A DNA stretch of 47,823 bases from Bacteroidota bacterium (GCA_039796635.1 JBDKJJ010000103.1:1-47823); one strand, 5' to 3'. Counted from the first letter of the stretch, positions 1 to 9,054 are shown. A program made the numbers and translations. Notes: generated by a model not told the origin, from the letters alone.

Positions 1-525
1 ATCAATCTATCAGTGATTGATTTACCTCAATTTAATTTAGGAACCGATACTAATTTGTGTGCAGGTAATTCAATAATTTTATCAGTGCCACAATATTCAT
101 TAGCCACTTATTTATGGAATACAAATTCTACAAATAATACTATAACGGTTGATACATCAGGGTTTTATTTTGTTACAGTTTCTATGCCTCCATGTGCTTC
201 AGTTGCTGATTCTGTAAAAATTAATTTTATTGATTGCGATTGTAAAGTTTTATTACCCAATTCATTCACACCCAATAATGATGGCTTAGATGAAACTTTT
301 AAACCTATCATAGCTTGTGATGTAGAACCACAGCAATATGATTTTAAAATTTACAATCGCTTAGGGCAAAAAGTATTTGCTACAACTTTATTTGGCAATG
401 CTTGGGATGGCACATTCAATGGTACTTTACAGGAAATAGGCACGTATGTATTTATTGTTTCGTTCATTCATCCAACCACTCATCAAAAAGAATTTTATAA
501 AGGCGATGTGATATTGTTGAGATAA
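1..525 (+). CDS. C-terminal part of a large secreted protein with a gliding-motility-associated / T9SS type B C-terminal sorting domain (5' end outside window)
   Basis: The frame is open from nt 1, so the GTG at 13 is probably internal. The motif LLPNSFTPNNDGLDETFKP...YNRLGQKVF...WDG is the CHU_C/T9SS type-B sorting domain signature. Confidence 0.75.
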   Translation: MNLSVIDLPQFNLGTDTNLCAGNSIILSVPQYSLATYLWNTNSTNNTITVDTSGFYFVTVSMPPCASVADSVKINFIDCDCKVLLPNSFTPNNDGLDETFKPIIACDVEPQQYDFKIYNRLGQKVFATTLFGNAWDGTFNGTLQEIGTYVFIVSFIHPTTHQKEFYKGDVILLR

Positions 526-540
526 TTTTTCTGTAAATAA

Positions 541-577
541 AAAAAGGCATTAGTTTAATTTATCTAATGCCTTTTTT
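541..577. terminator. Bidirectional Rho-independent terminator hairpin between convergent genes
   Basis: Stem AGGCATTAG / CTAATGCCT, flanked by an A-run on the left and a T-run on the right. Confidence 0.6.
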
Positions 578-598
578 ATAATAAGTTGCAAATTGTTT

Positions 599-1543
599 TT
601 ATCTGATAAATAAACTGTTGATTGATTTATTTTCAACTGCATTTCGTATTGCTGTTGCAAACAAAGGGGCAACTTCTAATCTTTTTATTTTATCGCTTTT
701 ACGTGTATAAGGAATGGTATCACAAACTACTAATTCAGTTAATACTGAATTTTCAACACGTTCAATTGCCTGACCAGAAAGTACTGGATGAGTGCAAACT
801 GCACGAACTGATTTAGCACCTTTTTCCATTAATAATTTCGCTGCACTTGTTAATGTTCCTGCGGTATCAATAATGTCATCTACTAATACAATATCTTTTC
901 CTGTAACATCTCCAATTACAGTCATGGCTGCTACTTCGTTAGCTCGTTTGCGTTGTTTATCACAAATCACCATTTCACCATTAAAATGTTTTGCATAACC
1001 TCTAGCTCTGTTTGTACTTCCTACATCTGGTGAAGCAAAACAAATATTATCATCAATTCCTAATGCTTTTAAATAAGGAATGAATACATAAGATGAATCT
1101 AAATGGTCCATCGGAATATCAAAGAATCCTTGAATTTGTGGAGCATGTAAATCCATTGTCATGATTCTGTTAGCGCCTGATGCTACAATTAAATTAGCTA
1201 CTAACTTTGCACCTAATGAAACCCTTGGTCTGTCTTTTCTATCCTGACGAGCAAAACCAAAATAAGGAATTACAGCTGTAATGTACTTTGCTGATGCACG
1301 TTTTGCGGCATCAATCACTAATAATAATTCCATTAAATTTTCAGCAGGCATATTTGTACTAGCTACCACAAAAACATAATCGCCGCGAACTGATTCTTGA
1401 ATTTCAGGTTGAATTTCACCATCTGAAAATTTTTGAATATTGATTTTTGCTAAAGGCAATTCTAACTCACGAACAATATCATTACTAATGTATTGCGAAT
1501 TAGTTGCTGAAAATATTTTTACTGATGCTGGGGGCGTTATCAT
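599..1543 (-). CDS. prs: Ribose-phosphate pyrophosphokinase (PRPP synthetase)
   Basis: 314 aa. Motifs FSDGE, ARQDRK and DLHA..IQGFF, plus the PRPP-binding loop VLVDDIIDTAGT. Confidence 0.95.
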   Translation of the reverse strand: MITPPASVKIFSATNSQYISNDIVRELELPLAKINIQKFSDGEIQPEIQESVRGDYVFVVASTNMPAENLMELLLVIDAAKRASAKYITAVIPYFGFARQDRKDRPRVSLGAKLVANLIVASGANRIMTMDLHAPQIQGFFDIPMDHLDSSYVFIPYLKALGIDDNICFASPDVGSTNRARGYAKHFNGEMVICDKQRKRANEVAAMTVIGDVTGKDIVLVDDIIDTAGTLTSAAKLLMEKGAKSVRAVCTHPVLSGQAIERVENSVLTELVVCDTIPYTRKSDKIKRLEVAPLFATAIRNAVENKSINSLFIR

Positions 1544-1676
1544 TGATTATGTATGAATTTTAGATTTATGATTGTTTTGAAAACAGTTACTATGTTATTC
1601 GTTATTGAGTTATTAAGGAATACAATTTCTTTACCTATTAACTCAATAACCTAATATCTCAATAACCAAAATGAAA

Positions 1677-2342
1677 CTACTTGTTCGCCGCTGCAGCTTT
1701 AGCATGGTCAGCTAAAAACTGAGCTAATCCGATATCAGTTAATGGATGTTTTAATAATCCTGTAATAGCTGATAAAGGCGCAGTTACCACATGAGCACCT
1801 GATTGAGCGCATTTTACAATATGCAACGGATTACGGATTGATGCTGCTAATATTTGTGTTTCAAATTGATAGATACCATAGATGTGACCAATTTCTTGAA
1901 TCAATTGTACGCCATCCCAATTCATGTCATCAATTCTGCCAATAAATGGTGATAAATAAGTAGCACCAGCTTTTGCTGCTAAAATTGCTTGACCAGCACT
2001 GAATACTAAGGTGCAATTAGTTTTGATGCCTTGTGATGAAAAATACTTGATGGCCTTGATACCATCTTTTATCATTGGCACTTTTACCACAATGTGTTCA
2101 TTCAATTTTGCTAATGCTTTACCTTCTTTGATAATTCCTTCATAATCAGTAGCAATCACTTCAGCACTTACAGGTCCGTGAACCATTTTGCATATTTTCA
2201 CATAATGAGCATTCACGGCTTCTTCACCAGTGATGCCTTCTTTAGCCATTAATGATGGATTGGTAGTTACACCATCTAAAATACCCAAGTCGTGTGCTTC
2301 TTTTATTTGGTCAAGGTTTGCTGTGTCAATGAAAAACTTCAT
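1677..2342 (-). CDS. fsa: Fructose-6-phosphate aldolase / short (type 3B) transaldolase
   Basis: 221 aa. MKFFIDTANLDQIKE...GVTTNPSL...VKVP...TNCTLVFS is typical of the short TalB/FSA family. Confidence 0.9.
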   Translation of the reverse strand: MKFFIDTANLDQIKEAHDLGILDGVTTNPSLMAKEGITGEEAVNAHYVKICKMVHGPVSAEVIATDYEGIIKEGKALAKLNEHIVVKVPMIKDGIKAIKYFSSQGIKTNCTLVFSAGQAILAAKAGATYLSPFIGRIDDMNWDGVQLIQEIGHIYGIYQFETQILAASIRNPLHIVKCAQSGAHVVTAPLSAITGLLKHPLTDIGLAQFLADHAKAAAANK

Positions 2343-2381
2343 GAGGATAAAAATTTATGATTGTTGATGTATGATTTATGA

Positions 2382-2738
2382 TTACCGTATTTTTTTAGAA
2401 ATCGTATTTTTTGATGAAGATAGTATTTTTACTAATTCTTCCGCTTCAATTAAAATGAGTTTCATTTTGGTTCCTTTTATTAATTATAGTTCTGAAATTA
2501 CTTCTAACCAAAATTGAGATTCATCAATTTCTTCTACTGCAATATTTAACTTGGCTAAAAATTGTTTGCTCGACTGGGCTCTGCAAGCCGCTCTGTAATT
2601 GGCTGCTGACGAAAAAGAAGAACGTAGTAGTTGGTCTTCAATAATTTTTCCAATTCTTTTTTTAGGAAGTGATTCACAAACATTAACGCATCTATAAGCA
2701 AAAGATTTAAGGCGTTGTTTTAATTGTTCGGCATTCAT
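2382..2738 (-). pseudogene. Four-helix-bundle protein (23S rRNA intervening-sequence protein family) interrupted by one in-frame TAA at 2484-2486
   Basis: MNAEQLKQRLKSFAYRC...AANYRAACRAQSSKQFLAKLNIAVEEIDESQFWLEVISEL is followed by a stop. The same frame then continues LIKGTKMKLILIEAEELVKILSSSKNTISKKIR to a TAA at 2382-2384. Together the two parts give the usual ~117-aa family length. Confidence 0.6.
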
Positions 2739-2812
2739 AGTTTTATGTTTAAAGAAATGATAAATGTTTAAAATCATCTATCATAAATCCTGAAATCATA
2801 AATAAAAAAAAT

Positions 2813-2906
2813 GGCAAGTTACCTACATCGCACCGCTACAACCATTTACCCTTGCTACCTTCCGATCCTGGGGGAGTCAACAGGAGCTGGTCGTATAGGA
2901 CTTGCC
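2813..2906 (-). ncRNA. ffs: Small (4.5S-type) signal recognition particle RNA
   Basis: The minus strand reads GGCAAGUCC...CCCAGGAUCGGAAGGUAGCAAGGG...GCGAUGUAGGUAACUUGCC. It has a GGAA tetraloop and AGCA / GAUGUAG domain IV motifs like E. coli 4.5S. The closing stem is GGCAAGU/ACUUGCC, followed by a U-run. Confidence 0.85.
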
Positions 2907-2910
2907 GCTG

Positions 2911-2918
2911 CAAATGTA
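2911..2918 (-). promoter_or_regulatory. Bacteroidota -7 promoter box (TACATTTG) for SRP RNA
   Basis: Exact TAnnTTTG match ending 4 nt upstream of the predicted mature 5' G of the SRP RNA. Confidence 0.6.
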
Positions 2919-3018
2919 AGTCAGCAATTTTAATTTTTTTTGTTTGACGTGATAATAATTTTTTTACACTCATTTTTTGCTAATTTATTTATACTTTGCA
3001 ACTAATAAATAAAAATGT

Positions 3019-3432
3019 ATGCTTATTCGAATTTTAGCAATTTTGGTTGGAATAATTGCTGGATTTATAGTGATAACTTTTGGTGATTTGATTTTACATC
3101 AATTTATTAATATACCTGATGGATTTAATCAAAATGATAAAAAAGCACTTGAAGGTTTTATTGCAATTATACCATTGCAATATTTAATCATCATGGTTAC
3201 ATATTGGTTGTTATCATCATTTTTAGGAGGACTGATGGCATCATTAGTTAATAGAGATGGTTGGCGAAATTCAAGTTTGATTGTTGGTGTGATTTTAATG
3301 ATAGGCGCCATAGCTAATATAACAATAATTCAACATCCTAAATGGATGCTCATTGTATCAGTAATTGGATACTTACCATTTGCATTTTTAGGAGGCAAAA
3401 TAATATCTATGATTATTAAGCCAAAAAATTAA
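3019..3432 (+). CDS. Hypothetical small integral membrane protein (about 4 TM segments)
   Basis: 137-aa ORF with hydrophobic helices and no recognisable family. Confidence 0.55.
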   Translation: MLIRILAILVGIIAGFIVITFGDLILHQFINIPDGFNQNDKKALEGFIAIIPLQYLIIMVTYWLLSSFLGGLMASLVNRDGWRNSSLIVGVILMIGAIANITIIQHPKWMLIVSVIGYLPFAFLGGKIISMIIKPKN

Positions 3433-3510
3433 TTCTATAAAAGTTAAATATGCCTTGTTATCTTTGAAGCAACTAATTTTAACTAAATAAAAAATTATAT
3501 AAAACTAAGC

Positions 3511-4470
3511 ATGAAGAAATTTATTCTTTTTCTATCCGCTACAATAATATTGAACTATAACTCAAGTTTTGCGCAGCAAGATAACGACGTGATACCACCC
3601 AATGCCGAACCGGGCAAATGCTATGCTAAATGCTTAAAAGCAGATGTTTACGAAACCGTAACAGAACGTGTGATGATTCAACCTGAAAAAAAATCATTTA
3701 GAATTATTCCTACCAGTTATAAAACTATTACTGAACAAGTAATGGTTAAAGCTGAGTCAAAGCGTTTGGAAATTGTACCTGCTATTTATGAATACAATGT
3801 TGAGCAAGTAAAAGTTAAAGATGAAACTAAAAAAATTATCACTACATCTGCTACCTATAAAACTGTAACTGAGCAAGTTTTAATTAAGCCTGAAGGACAA
3901 AAATGGGTAAAGAAAAAACAAACTGGATGCTTGAGTGATAACCCTGATGACTGTATTATTATGTGTTTGGAAAAAACGCCTGCTGAATACAAAACTGTAA
4001 CTAAGCAAGTGTTAGATCAACCTGCATCAAACCGTGAAGAGGTGATACCGGCTGAATTTAAAACAGTTACAAAACAAGTGGTAAAAACACCAGCTACTAC
4101 TCGTGAAATAACTATACCAGCTGAATTTAAAAATGTAACTAAAATGGTGGTTGATGTAGCAGCTCATACTGAAGATATTACAGCACCTGCTCAATACCAA
4201 GAAGTTTCGAAAAAAGTATTGAAAACTAAAGGTGGATATAGTGAATGGAAAGAAATTTTATGTGATAATAAAGTGAATAGTACTGTAGTTAAGCAAATTC
4301 AAGAAGCATTAATAAAAAAAGGTTACCCAGTAGGAACTAAAGGTGCTGACAATGTATTAGGATTAGATACCAGAGCGGCTTTGGTGAAATATCAAAAAGA
4401 TAATCATTTACCTGTAGGTAATTTAAACCTTGAAACTTTAAAAGCCTTAGGCGTTAAATACGAAGAATAA
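3511..4470 (+). CDS. Secreted repeat protein with a C-terminal peptidoglycan-binding (PG_binding_1-like) domain
   Basis: Has a signal peptide. About 8 degenerate repeats of (P)AE(Y/F)KTVT(E/K)QV. The C-terminus reads LGLDTRAALVKYQKDNHLPVGNLNLETLKALGV. Confidence 0.75.
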   Translation: MKKFILFLSATIILNYNSSFAQQDNDVIPPNAEPGKCYAKCLKADVYETVTERVMIQPEKKSFRIIPTSYKTITEQVMVKAESKRLEIVPAIYEYNVEQVKVKDETKKIITTSATYKTVTEQVLIKPEGQKWVKKKQTGCLSDNPDDCIIMCLEKTPAEYKTVTKQVLDQPASNREEVIPAEFKTVTKQVVKTPATTREITIPAEFKNVTKMVVDVAAHTEDITAPAQYQEVSKKVLKTKGGYSEWKEILCDNKVNSTVVKQIQEALIKKGYPVGTKGADNVLGLDTRAALVKYQKDNHLPVGNLNLETLKALGVKYEE

Positions 4471-4515
4471 TTTCTACTAAAAATGAATTAAACAAAAAGC
4501 CGAATCAAATTGAAC

Positions 4516-4553
4516 ATGCCCCAAAAGTTAAACACTAATTGGGGCATTTTTTT
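4516..4553 (+). terminator. Rho-independent terminator
   Basis: Stem ATGCCCCA / TGGGGCAT followed by TTTTTT. Confidence 0.6.
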
Positions 4554-4554
4554 A

Positions 4555-6999
4555 TTATTTTCTGATTTCTGCTTGAAGCTGCTGTTCAAATTGTTGAATC
4601 AATTTACTCATTGTTTTTTCAACTCTTTCATCAGTTAATGTTTTGCTTTCATCTTGCAAAGCCAAACTAATAGCATAACTTTTTTTGCCTTCACCAATTT
4701 TTTTATCTCGATAAATATCAAACAAACTAACTTCTTTTAGCAATGTTCCTGTTTGTTCTTTTGCAATTTTTTCTATTTGAGCGTAACTAATTTCTTCATT
4801 TAATAATAAAGCCAAATCACGTTGAACTATTGGGAACTTAGGCAATTCAGTGTATTTTATTTTGTTAGTATACATTGCTTTTTCAACTACCTGCCAATTA
4901 ATTGAAGCATACATCACATCATTTTTAACATCAAATTGTTTTAAGATATTGGGATGAATTGAACCTGATTCGGCAATGATTTCTTTGCCAATTGAATATT
5001 TAATTCCGTATTCAAAAATTGCAGAATTTTCAATTTCTTCCGTTTTTGTTTTTTGAATACCCAACATAGCAAACAGTTTTTGTAACTGATTTTTTAATGA
5101 AAAAATATCATTGGGTTTTGCAGATTGATTCCAATTTTGTGAAGCAAATTTGCCAGTCATCCAAAAACATAAATGCATTTGTTCTTCATAATTCCCTGCA
5201 CTAATTGTAGTGTACGATTTGCCAAATTCAAATAATTTCAAATCAGCATTTTGCCTATTTTGATTATGATTAATTGCTTCTAATCCGCCAAACAATAAAT
5301 TGTTTCTTAAAACATCTAATTCAGTATTGATGCTGTTTAGTAATTTAACTAAATTGTCTTTCTGTTCATAATATTTACTTTGCGATAATGAATTATTCAT
5401 CATTTCTGAAAAACCATTGGCAGCTAAAAAATTAGCCGCTTTGTTTCTTAATGCAATTGCCTGAACGCCTGAACGGATTGGCACAATGGCTTGCAATGCA
5501 GATGGAATAGGCAATCTATCTAAGCCATACAACCGTAAAATTTCTTCAATCAAATCAGCTTCAATACTAATATCAGTTTTGTGTGATGGTACTTTTACCA
5601 ACCATGATTTATCATTGTTGTTGGTTAGTTCAAATCCTAATTGAGTAAGAATTGTTTCAATAGTTTGAGCTGATAATTCAATGCCCAACTTTTCATTTAC
5701 ACGATGCTGTTTTAATAAAATTTCAGTATTAGTAAAGATTGAATGATTGACATCAATAATATCTGAAGAAATTTTTCCATCAGCAATTTCACAAATTAAT
5801 AAAGCCGCACGTTTTAACACGGCATCAATATTAGCTGCATCAATTCCTTTTTCAAAATGCAATGCAGCATCGGTTCTTAGTTGGTGAAAAAATGAAGTTT
5901 TTCGGATAGAAGTAGCATTAAACCAAGCACTTTCTAAAAATATTGAAGTTGTGTTTTCTGAAACACCTGAATCAAATCCACCATAAACACCTGCAATACA
6001 CATTGGTTTTTCAGCATCACAAATCAGTAAATCATCGGCTGAAAGTTTTCTTTCTTTTTCATCTAACGATTTGAATAATGTTCCTTCTGCTACTGATTTT
6101 ACTATGATTTTTTTGCCTGCAATTTTATCTGCATCAAAAGCATGAAGCGGTTGACCTGTTTCATGCAACACATAATTAGTAGCATCCACAATATTATTGA
6201 TTGGCTTTAAACCAATGGCTTTTAAATTATTTTGCAACCAATCAGGTGAAGGTTTTACTTTGATATTGTTAATTAAAATGCCAGTATATCTGCCGCATTT
6301 TTCTGTATTCAATACTTCTATACTAAAGCCATTATTGCCCAGATTGTTTTGAGATAAATTATTTTTGTTTGATTGGATTGGGTTGTTGAATCCTTCAACA
6401 GGCAAAGCTTCTGGCTTATGAACTGCTAACCAAGCCGCCATTTCACGGGCTACACCAATATGCGAAAATGCATCCGAACGATTTGGAGTTAATCCAATTT
6501 CGATGATGTAATCATTGTAAATTCCGAAATATTCAGCAGCAGTAGTTCCAACTTTTGTTTCATTGGGCAATACAATAATACCTGCATGACTTGCTCCTAA
6601 GCCTAATTCATCTTCAGCGCAAATCATACCTTCACTTTCTTCGCCTCTAATTTTTGCTTTTTTCATGGTTAATGGTTCGCCGCCTGTAGGATAAATTGTT
6701 GTTCCTATTGTTGCTACCATTACTTTTTGCCCAGCTTCAACATTGGGTGCACCACAAACAATTTTTAAAATTTGTTCTGCACCTATGTTCACTGTTGTTA
6801 ATCTTAATTTATCAGCATTAGGGTGTTTTTCGCAAGTAAGCACTTCACCAACCAAAACACCTTTCAATCCACCTTTTAGCGATTCGTATGCTATCACATC
6901 TTCAACCTCTAAACCTATTGAAGTCAATATTTCAGATGCCTCGTTAACCGAAATGCTAACAGGCAAATAATTGCGTAACCAGTTGTATGATATTTTCAT
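4555..6999 (-). CDS. pheT: Phenylalanine--tRNA ligase beta subunit
   Basis: 814 aa. N-terminal MKISYNWL...tRNA-binding domain (CEKHPNADKL), B3/4 and B5 domains, and a C-terminal FDIYR...SYAISL anticodon-binding-like domain. Confidence 0.95.
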   Translation of the reverse strand: MKISYNWLRNYLPVSISVNEASEILTSIGLEVEDVIAYESLKGGLKGVLVGEVLTCEKHPNADKLRLTTVNIGAEQILKIVCGAPNVEAGQKVMVATIGTTIYPTGGEPLTMKKAKIRGEESEGMICAEDELGLGASHAGIIVLPNETKVGTTAAEYFGIYNDYIIEIGLTPNRSDAFSHIGVAREMAAWLAVHKPEALPVEGFNNPIQSNKNNLSQNNLGNNGFSIEVLNTEKCGRYTGILINNIKVKPSPDWLQNNLKAIGLKPINNIVDATNYVLHETGQPLHAFDADKIAGKKIIVKSVAEGTLFKSLDEKERKLSADDLLICDAEKPMCIAGVYGGFDSGVSENTTSIFLESAWFNATSIRKTSFFHQLRTDAALHFEKGIDAANIDAVLKRAALLICEIADGKISSDIIDVNHSIFTNTEILLKQHRVNEKLGIELSAQTIETILTQLGFELTNNNDKSWLVKVPSHKTDISIEADLIEEILRLYGLDRLPIPSALQAIVPIRSGVQAIALRNKAANFLAANGFSEMMNNSLSQSKYYEQKDNLVKLLNSINTELDVLRNNLLFGGLEAINHNQNRQNADLKLFEFGKSYTTISAGNYEEQMHLCFWMTGKFASQNWNQSAKPNDIFSLKNQLQKLFAMLGIQKTKTEEIENSAIFEYGIKYSIGKEIIAESGSIHPNILKQFDVKNDVMYASINWQVVEKAMYTNKIKYTELPKFPIVQRDLALLLNEEISYAQIEKIAKEQTGTLLKEVSLFDIYRDKKIGEGKKSYAISLALQDESKTLTDERVEKTMSKLIQQFEQQLQAEIRK

Positions 7000-7028
7000 T
7001 TGAAATTATGATTCTTAAAATTGAGGTG

Positions 7029-7036
7029 CAAAGATA
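7029..7036 (-). promoter_or_regulatory. Candidate -7 promoter box (TATCTTTG) for pheT
   Basis: Exact TAnnTTTG on the minus strand, about 30 nt upstream of the pheT ATG. Confidence 0.45.
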
Positions 7037-7125
7037 ATCGAATGCACTTTTACATTATTATAAAATGTGTTCAAATCACAAAATCGGTTTGAGTTAATCT
7101 TTTATCTTTACATTGAAATTATAAA

Positions 7126-8271
7126 ATGAAAGTAGCAATAGTTGGTGGTGGAATAGCTGGATTGGCTGCGGCTCTTACCTTAAAAAGTAAGGGAATTGCA
7201 TTTCATTTGTATGAACAATGCGGTGAATTCAAAGAGGTGGGCGCTGGTGTTTTGTTAAATAAAACAACGTTTGAATTACTTCAAATCTTAGGTGTTGGAG
7301 ATTTATTTTCTGAATTATCTAATCCTATTCAATCATTTAAAATAACTGATTTAAAGAGTGAATTGACTTGTGATATGAAAATTGGGCAACCTATGTATGC
7401 CATTCATCGAGCTGATTTAATTAAAGTTTTATGTAGTTCATTAAATGATGATGAATATACATTAGGATGCAGAATTGAAAAAGTAGTTAGTGAAACTGAT
7501 AAAGTAAAAATTCAAATTAATGAAAGCATTGTTGACTATGATGTATTAATTGTAGCAAATGGAATTAATTCAAATATTCGGAAAGCAATTTTGCCAAAAA
7601 TTGAATTAAGAAATGTTGGTCAAGTTGTTTATCGAGGGATTTCAAAAATAAAAGGTTTTGAAAAATACAATCACTCAGCTGTTGAATTTTGGGGTGAAAA
7701 CAAACGATTTACAGTAATTCACAGCAAAGATGATTTGTATTATTGGTGTACTGTATTGTGGCAAAAGGATAAGATAAATGATGATACTAAAAGCTTTAAA
7801 ACAAACTTGATTTCAAAATTTAAAAATTTTCATCAAGATGTATGTGCCTTTATTGATGCATCAGATGCTGATAAAATTATTATAACCAACACTCATGATA
7901 TTGCAGCAAATATGGAGAATTGGTATAATGCAAGAATTGTTTTTGTTGGTGATGCCGTTCATTGTTGTACACCTGATTTATCACAAGGCGCATGTTTAGC
8001 AATTGAAAGCGCTTACACAATAAGCAGATGTTTGAGTGAATTTGATTCAGTTAATATGGCTTTTGAAAAATACCAAAATGTTAGGATGCCAAAGGTGAAT
8101 TATGTAAAAAATCTTTCATTTAAGTATGGAAGATTAAGCCATCAAAGAGAATTGTGGCACTATGTTTTATTGTTTTGGATTATTCATCAATTACCAAATT
8201 GGATGATAAAAAAAATGTACAATAAATTAACTGACACAAATACTATCACTTCCTTGTTTCAGGATAAATAG
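7126..8271 (+). CDS. FAD-dependent monooxygenase (salicylate hydroxylase / UbiH-like)
   Basis: GxGxxG motif (VAIVGGGIAGLAAA), HRADL, and a GDAVH...DLSQGACLAIESA FAD-binding fingerprint. Confidence 0.85.
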   Translation: MKVAIVGGGIAGLAAALTLKSKGIAFHLYEQCGEFKEVGAGVLLNKTTFELLQILGVGDLFSELSNPIQSFKITDLKSELTCDMKIGQPMYAIHRADLIKVLCSSLNDDEYTLGCRIEKVVSETDKVKIQINESIVDYDVLIVANGINSNIRKAILPKIELRNVGQVVYRGISKIKGFEKYNHSAVEFWGENKRFTVIHSKDDLYYWCTVLWQKDKINDDTKSFKTNLISKFKNFHQDVCAFIDASDADKIIITNTHDIAANMENWYNARIVFVGDAVHCCTPDLSQGACLAIESAYTISRCLSEFDSVNMAFEKYQNVRMPKVNYVKNLSFKYGRLSHQRELWHYVLLFWIIHQLPNWMIKKMYNKLTDTNTITSLFQDK

Positions 8272-8357
8272 TTTTTTGTTAAATTTATTTTTAGCCGAAT
8301 ATTTACTGAAACATTTTTTGATTTTTTACGTTAACTTTACAGCATCAAATAAATTAT

Positions 8358-8501
8358 ATGAAATTAGTTAAAGCATTACCAATAGTAGCATTTGCGTTAA
8401 TTTTGTTTACTTCATGCGGCGGCTCAAAAGCTGGCAGCAGATGCCACGAATGCCCAAAATTTTCTAAAACAACTTCATTCGATAAAAATCAACCATCATG
8501 A
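8358..8501 (+). CDS. Putative small lipoprotein (47 aa) with a CxxC motif
   Basis: Hand-translated ORF below the track threshold: MKLVKALPIVAFALILFTSCGGSKAGSRCHECPKFSKTTSFDKNQPS. It has a lipobox-like LFTSC. Its stop overlaps the next ATG (ATGA). Confidence 0.4.
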   Translation: MKLVKALPIVAFALILFTSCGGSKAGSRCHECPKFSKTTSFDKNQPS

Positions 8502-8650
8502 AAAACAAAATAAATGCTTTGTTGTTATTCACTATGTTCGGGCTTTTTGTTTTCACATCTTGTCATTCATCATCAGTATGGGGGCATAAAGATGCTGCTA
8601 CTCCAACGAAGTTCAGGTCAGATAAAAGATATATTCGTCATTAATTATTG
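8498..8650 (+). CDS. Putative small lipoprotein (50 aa)
   Basis: Hand-translated: MKNKINALLLFTMFGLFVFTSCHSSSVWGHKDAATPTKFRSDKRYIRHNY. It has a signal peptide plus Cys and is translationally coupled to the preceding small ORF. Confidence 0.4.
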
Positions 8651-8697
8651 ATGAAATATTGCCTAACATTTTTTAAAATTCTATACACGAAAAATAA

Positions 8698-8949
8698 GTG
8701 AAACAATTATCAAAATTAAAAGTGGGTGAGTTTGGTGTGGTGAGTCGTTTTAGCGATGATACCGTTTCAACAAAATTAATGGAAATGGGTTGTTTGCCTG
8801 GCGAATTGGTGAGAGTAGTGAAAATTGCACCGCTTGGTGACCCAATGGCAATTGAAGTTTCAGGATATGAATTAAGTCTTCGGATGTTAGAAGCATCATG
8901 TGTATGGGTGCATGAAAATCCAGATCATGAACTTGTAAGATTAAATTAA
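8698..8949 (+). CDS. feoA: FeoA-family (ferrous iron transport protein A / SH3-like) protein
   Basis: 83 aa with a GTG start. L..L..G....V......KLMEMGCLPGELVRVV...PLGDPMAIEV.GYELSLR matches the FeoA domain pattern. Confidence 0.8.
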   Translation: MKQLSKLKVGEFGVVSRFSDDTVSTKLMEMGCLPGELVRVVKIAPLGDPMAIEVSGYELSLRMLEASCVWVHENPDHELVRLN

Positions 8950-9054
8950 ATTCAAATCTTCAAAAAAAACTTACATTTTTTAGCCAAAAAATTGCACCAT
9001 TTTAAATATTGGTTGTAATTTCGGAACTCTTTAAAACCTACTACAATTTTATCC

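Noticed and set aside
541-577. Similarity between the terminator hairpins at 541-577 and 41173-41205 (both ..ATTAG-loop-CTAAT..TTTTTTAT) as a possible repeat family
   Set aside because: The shared part is short, with only 5-6 nt of stem identity. Both are adequately explained as independent bidirectional terminators between convergent genes.
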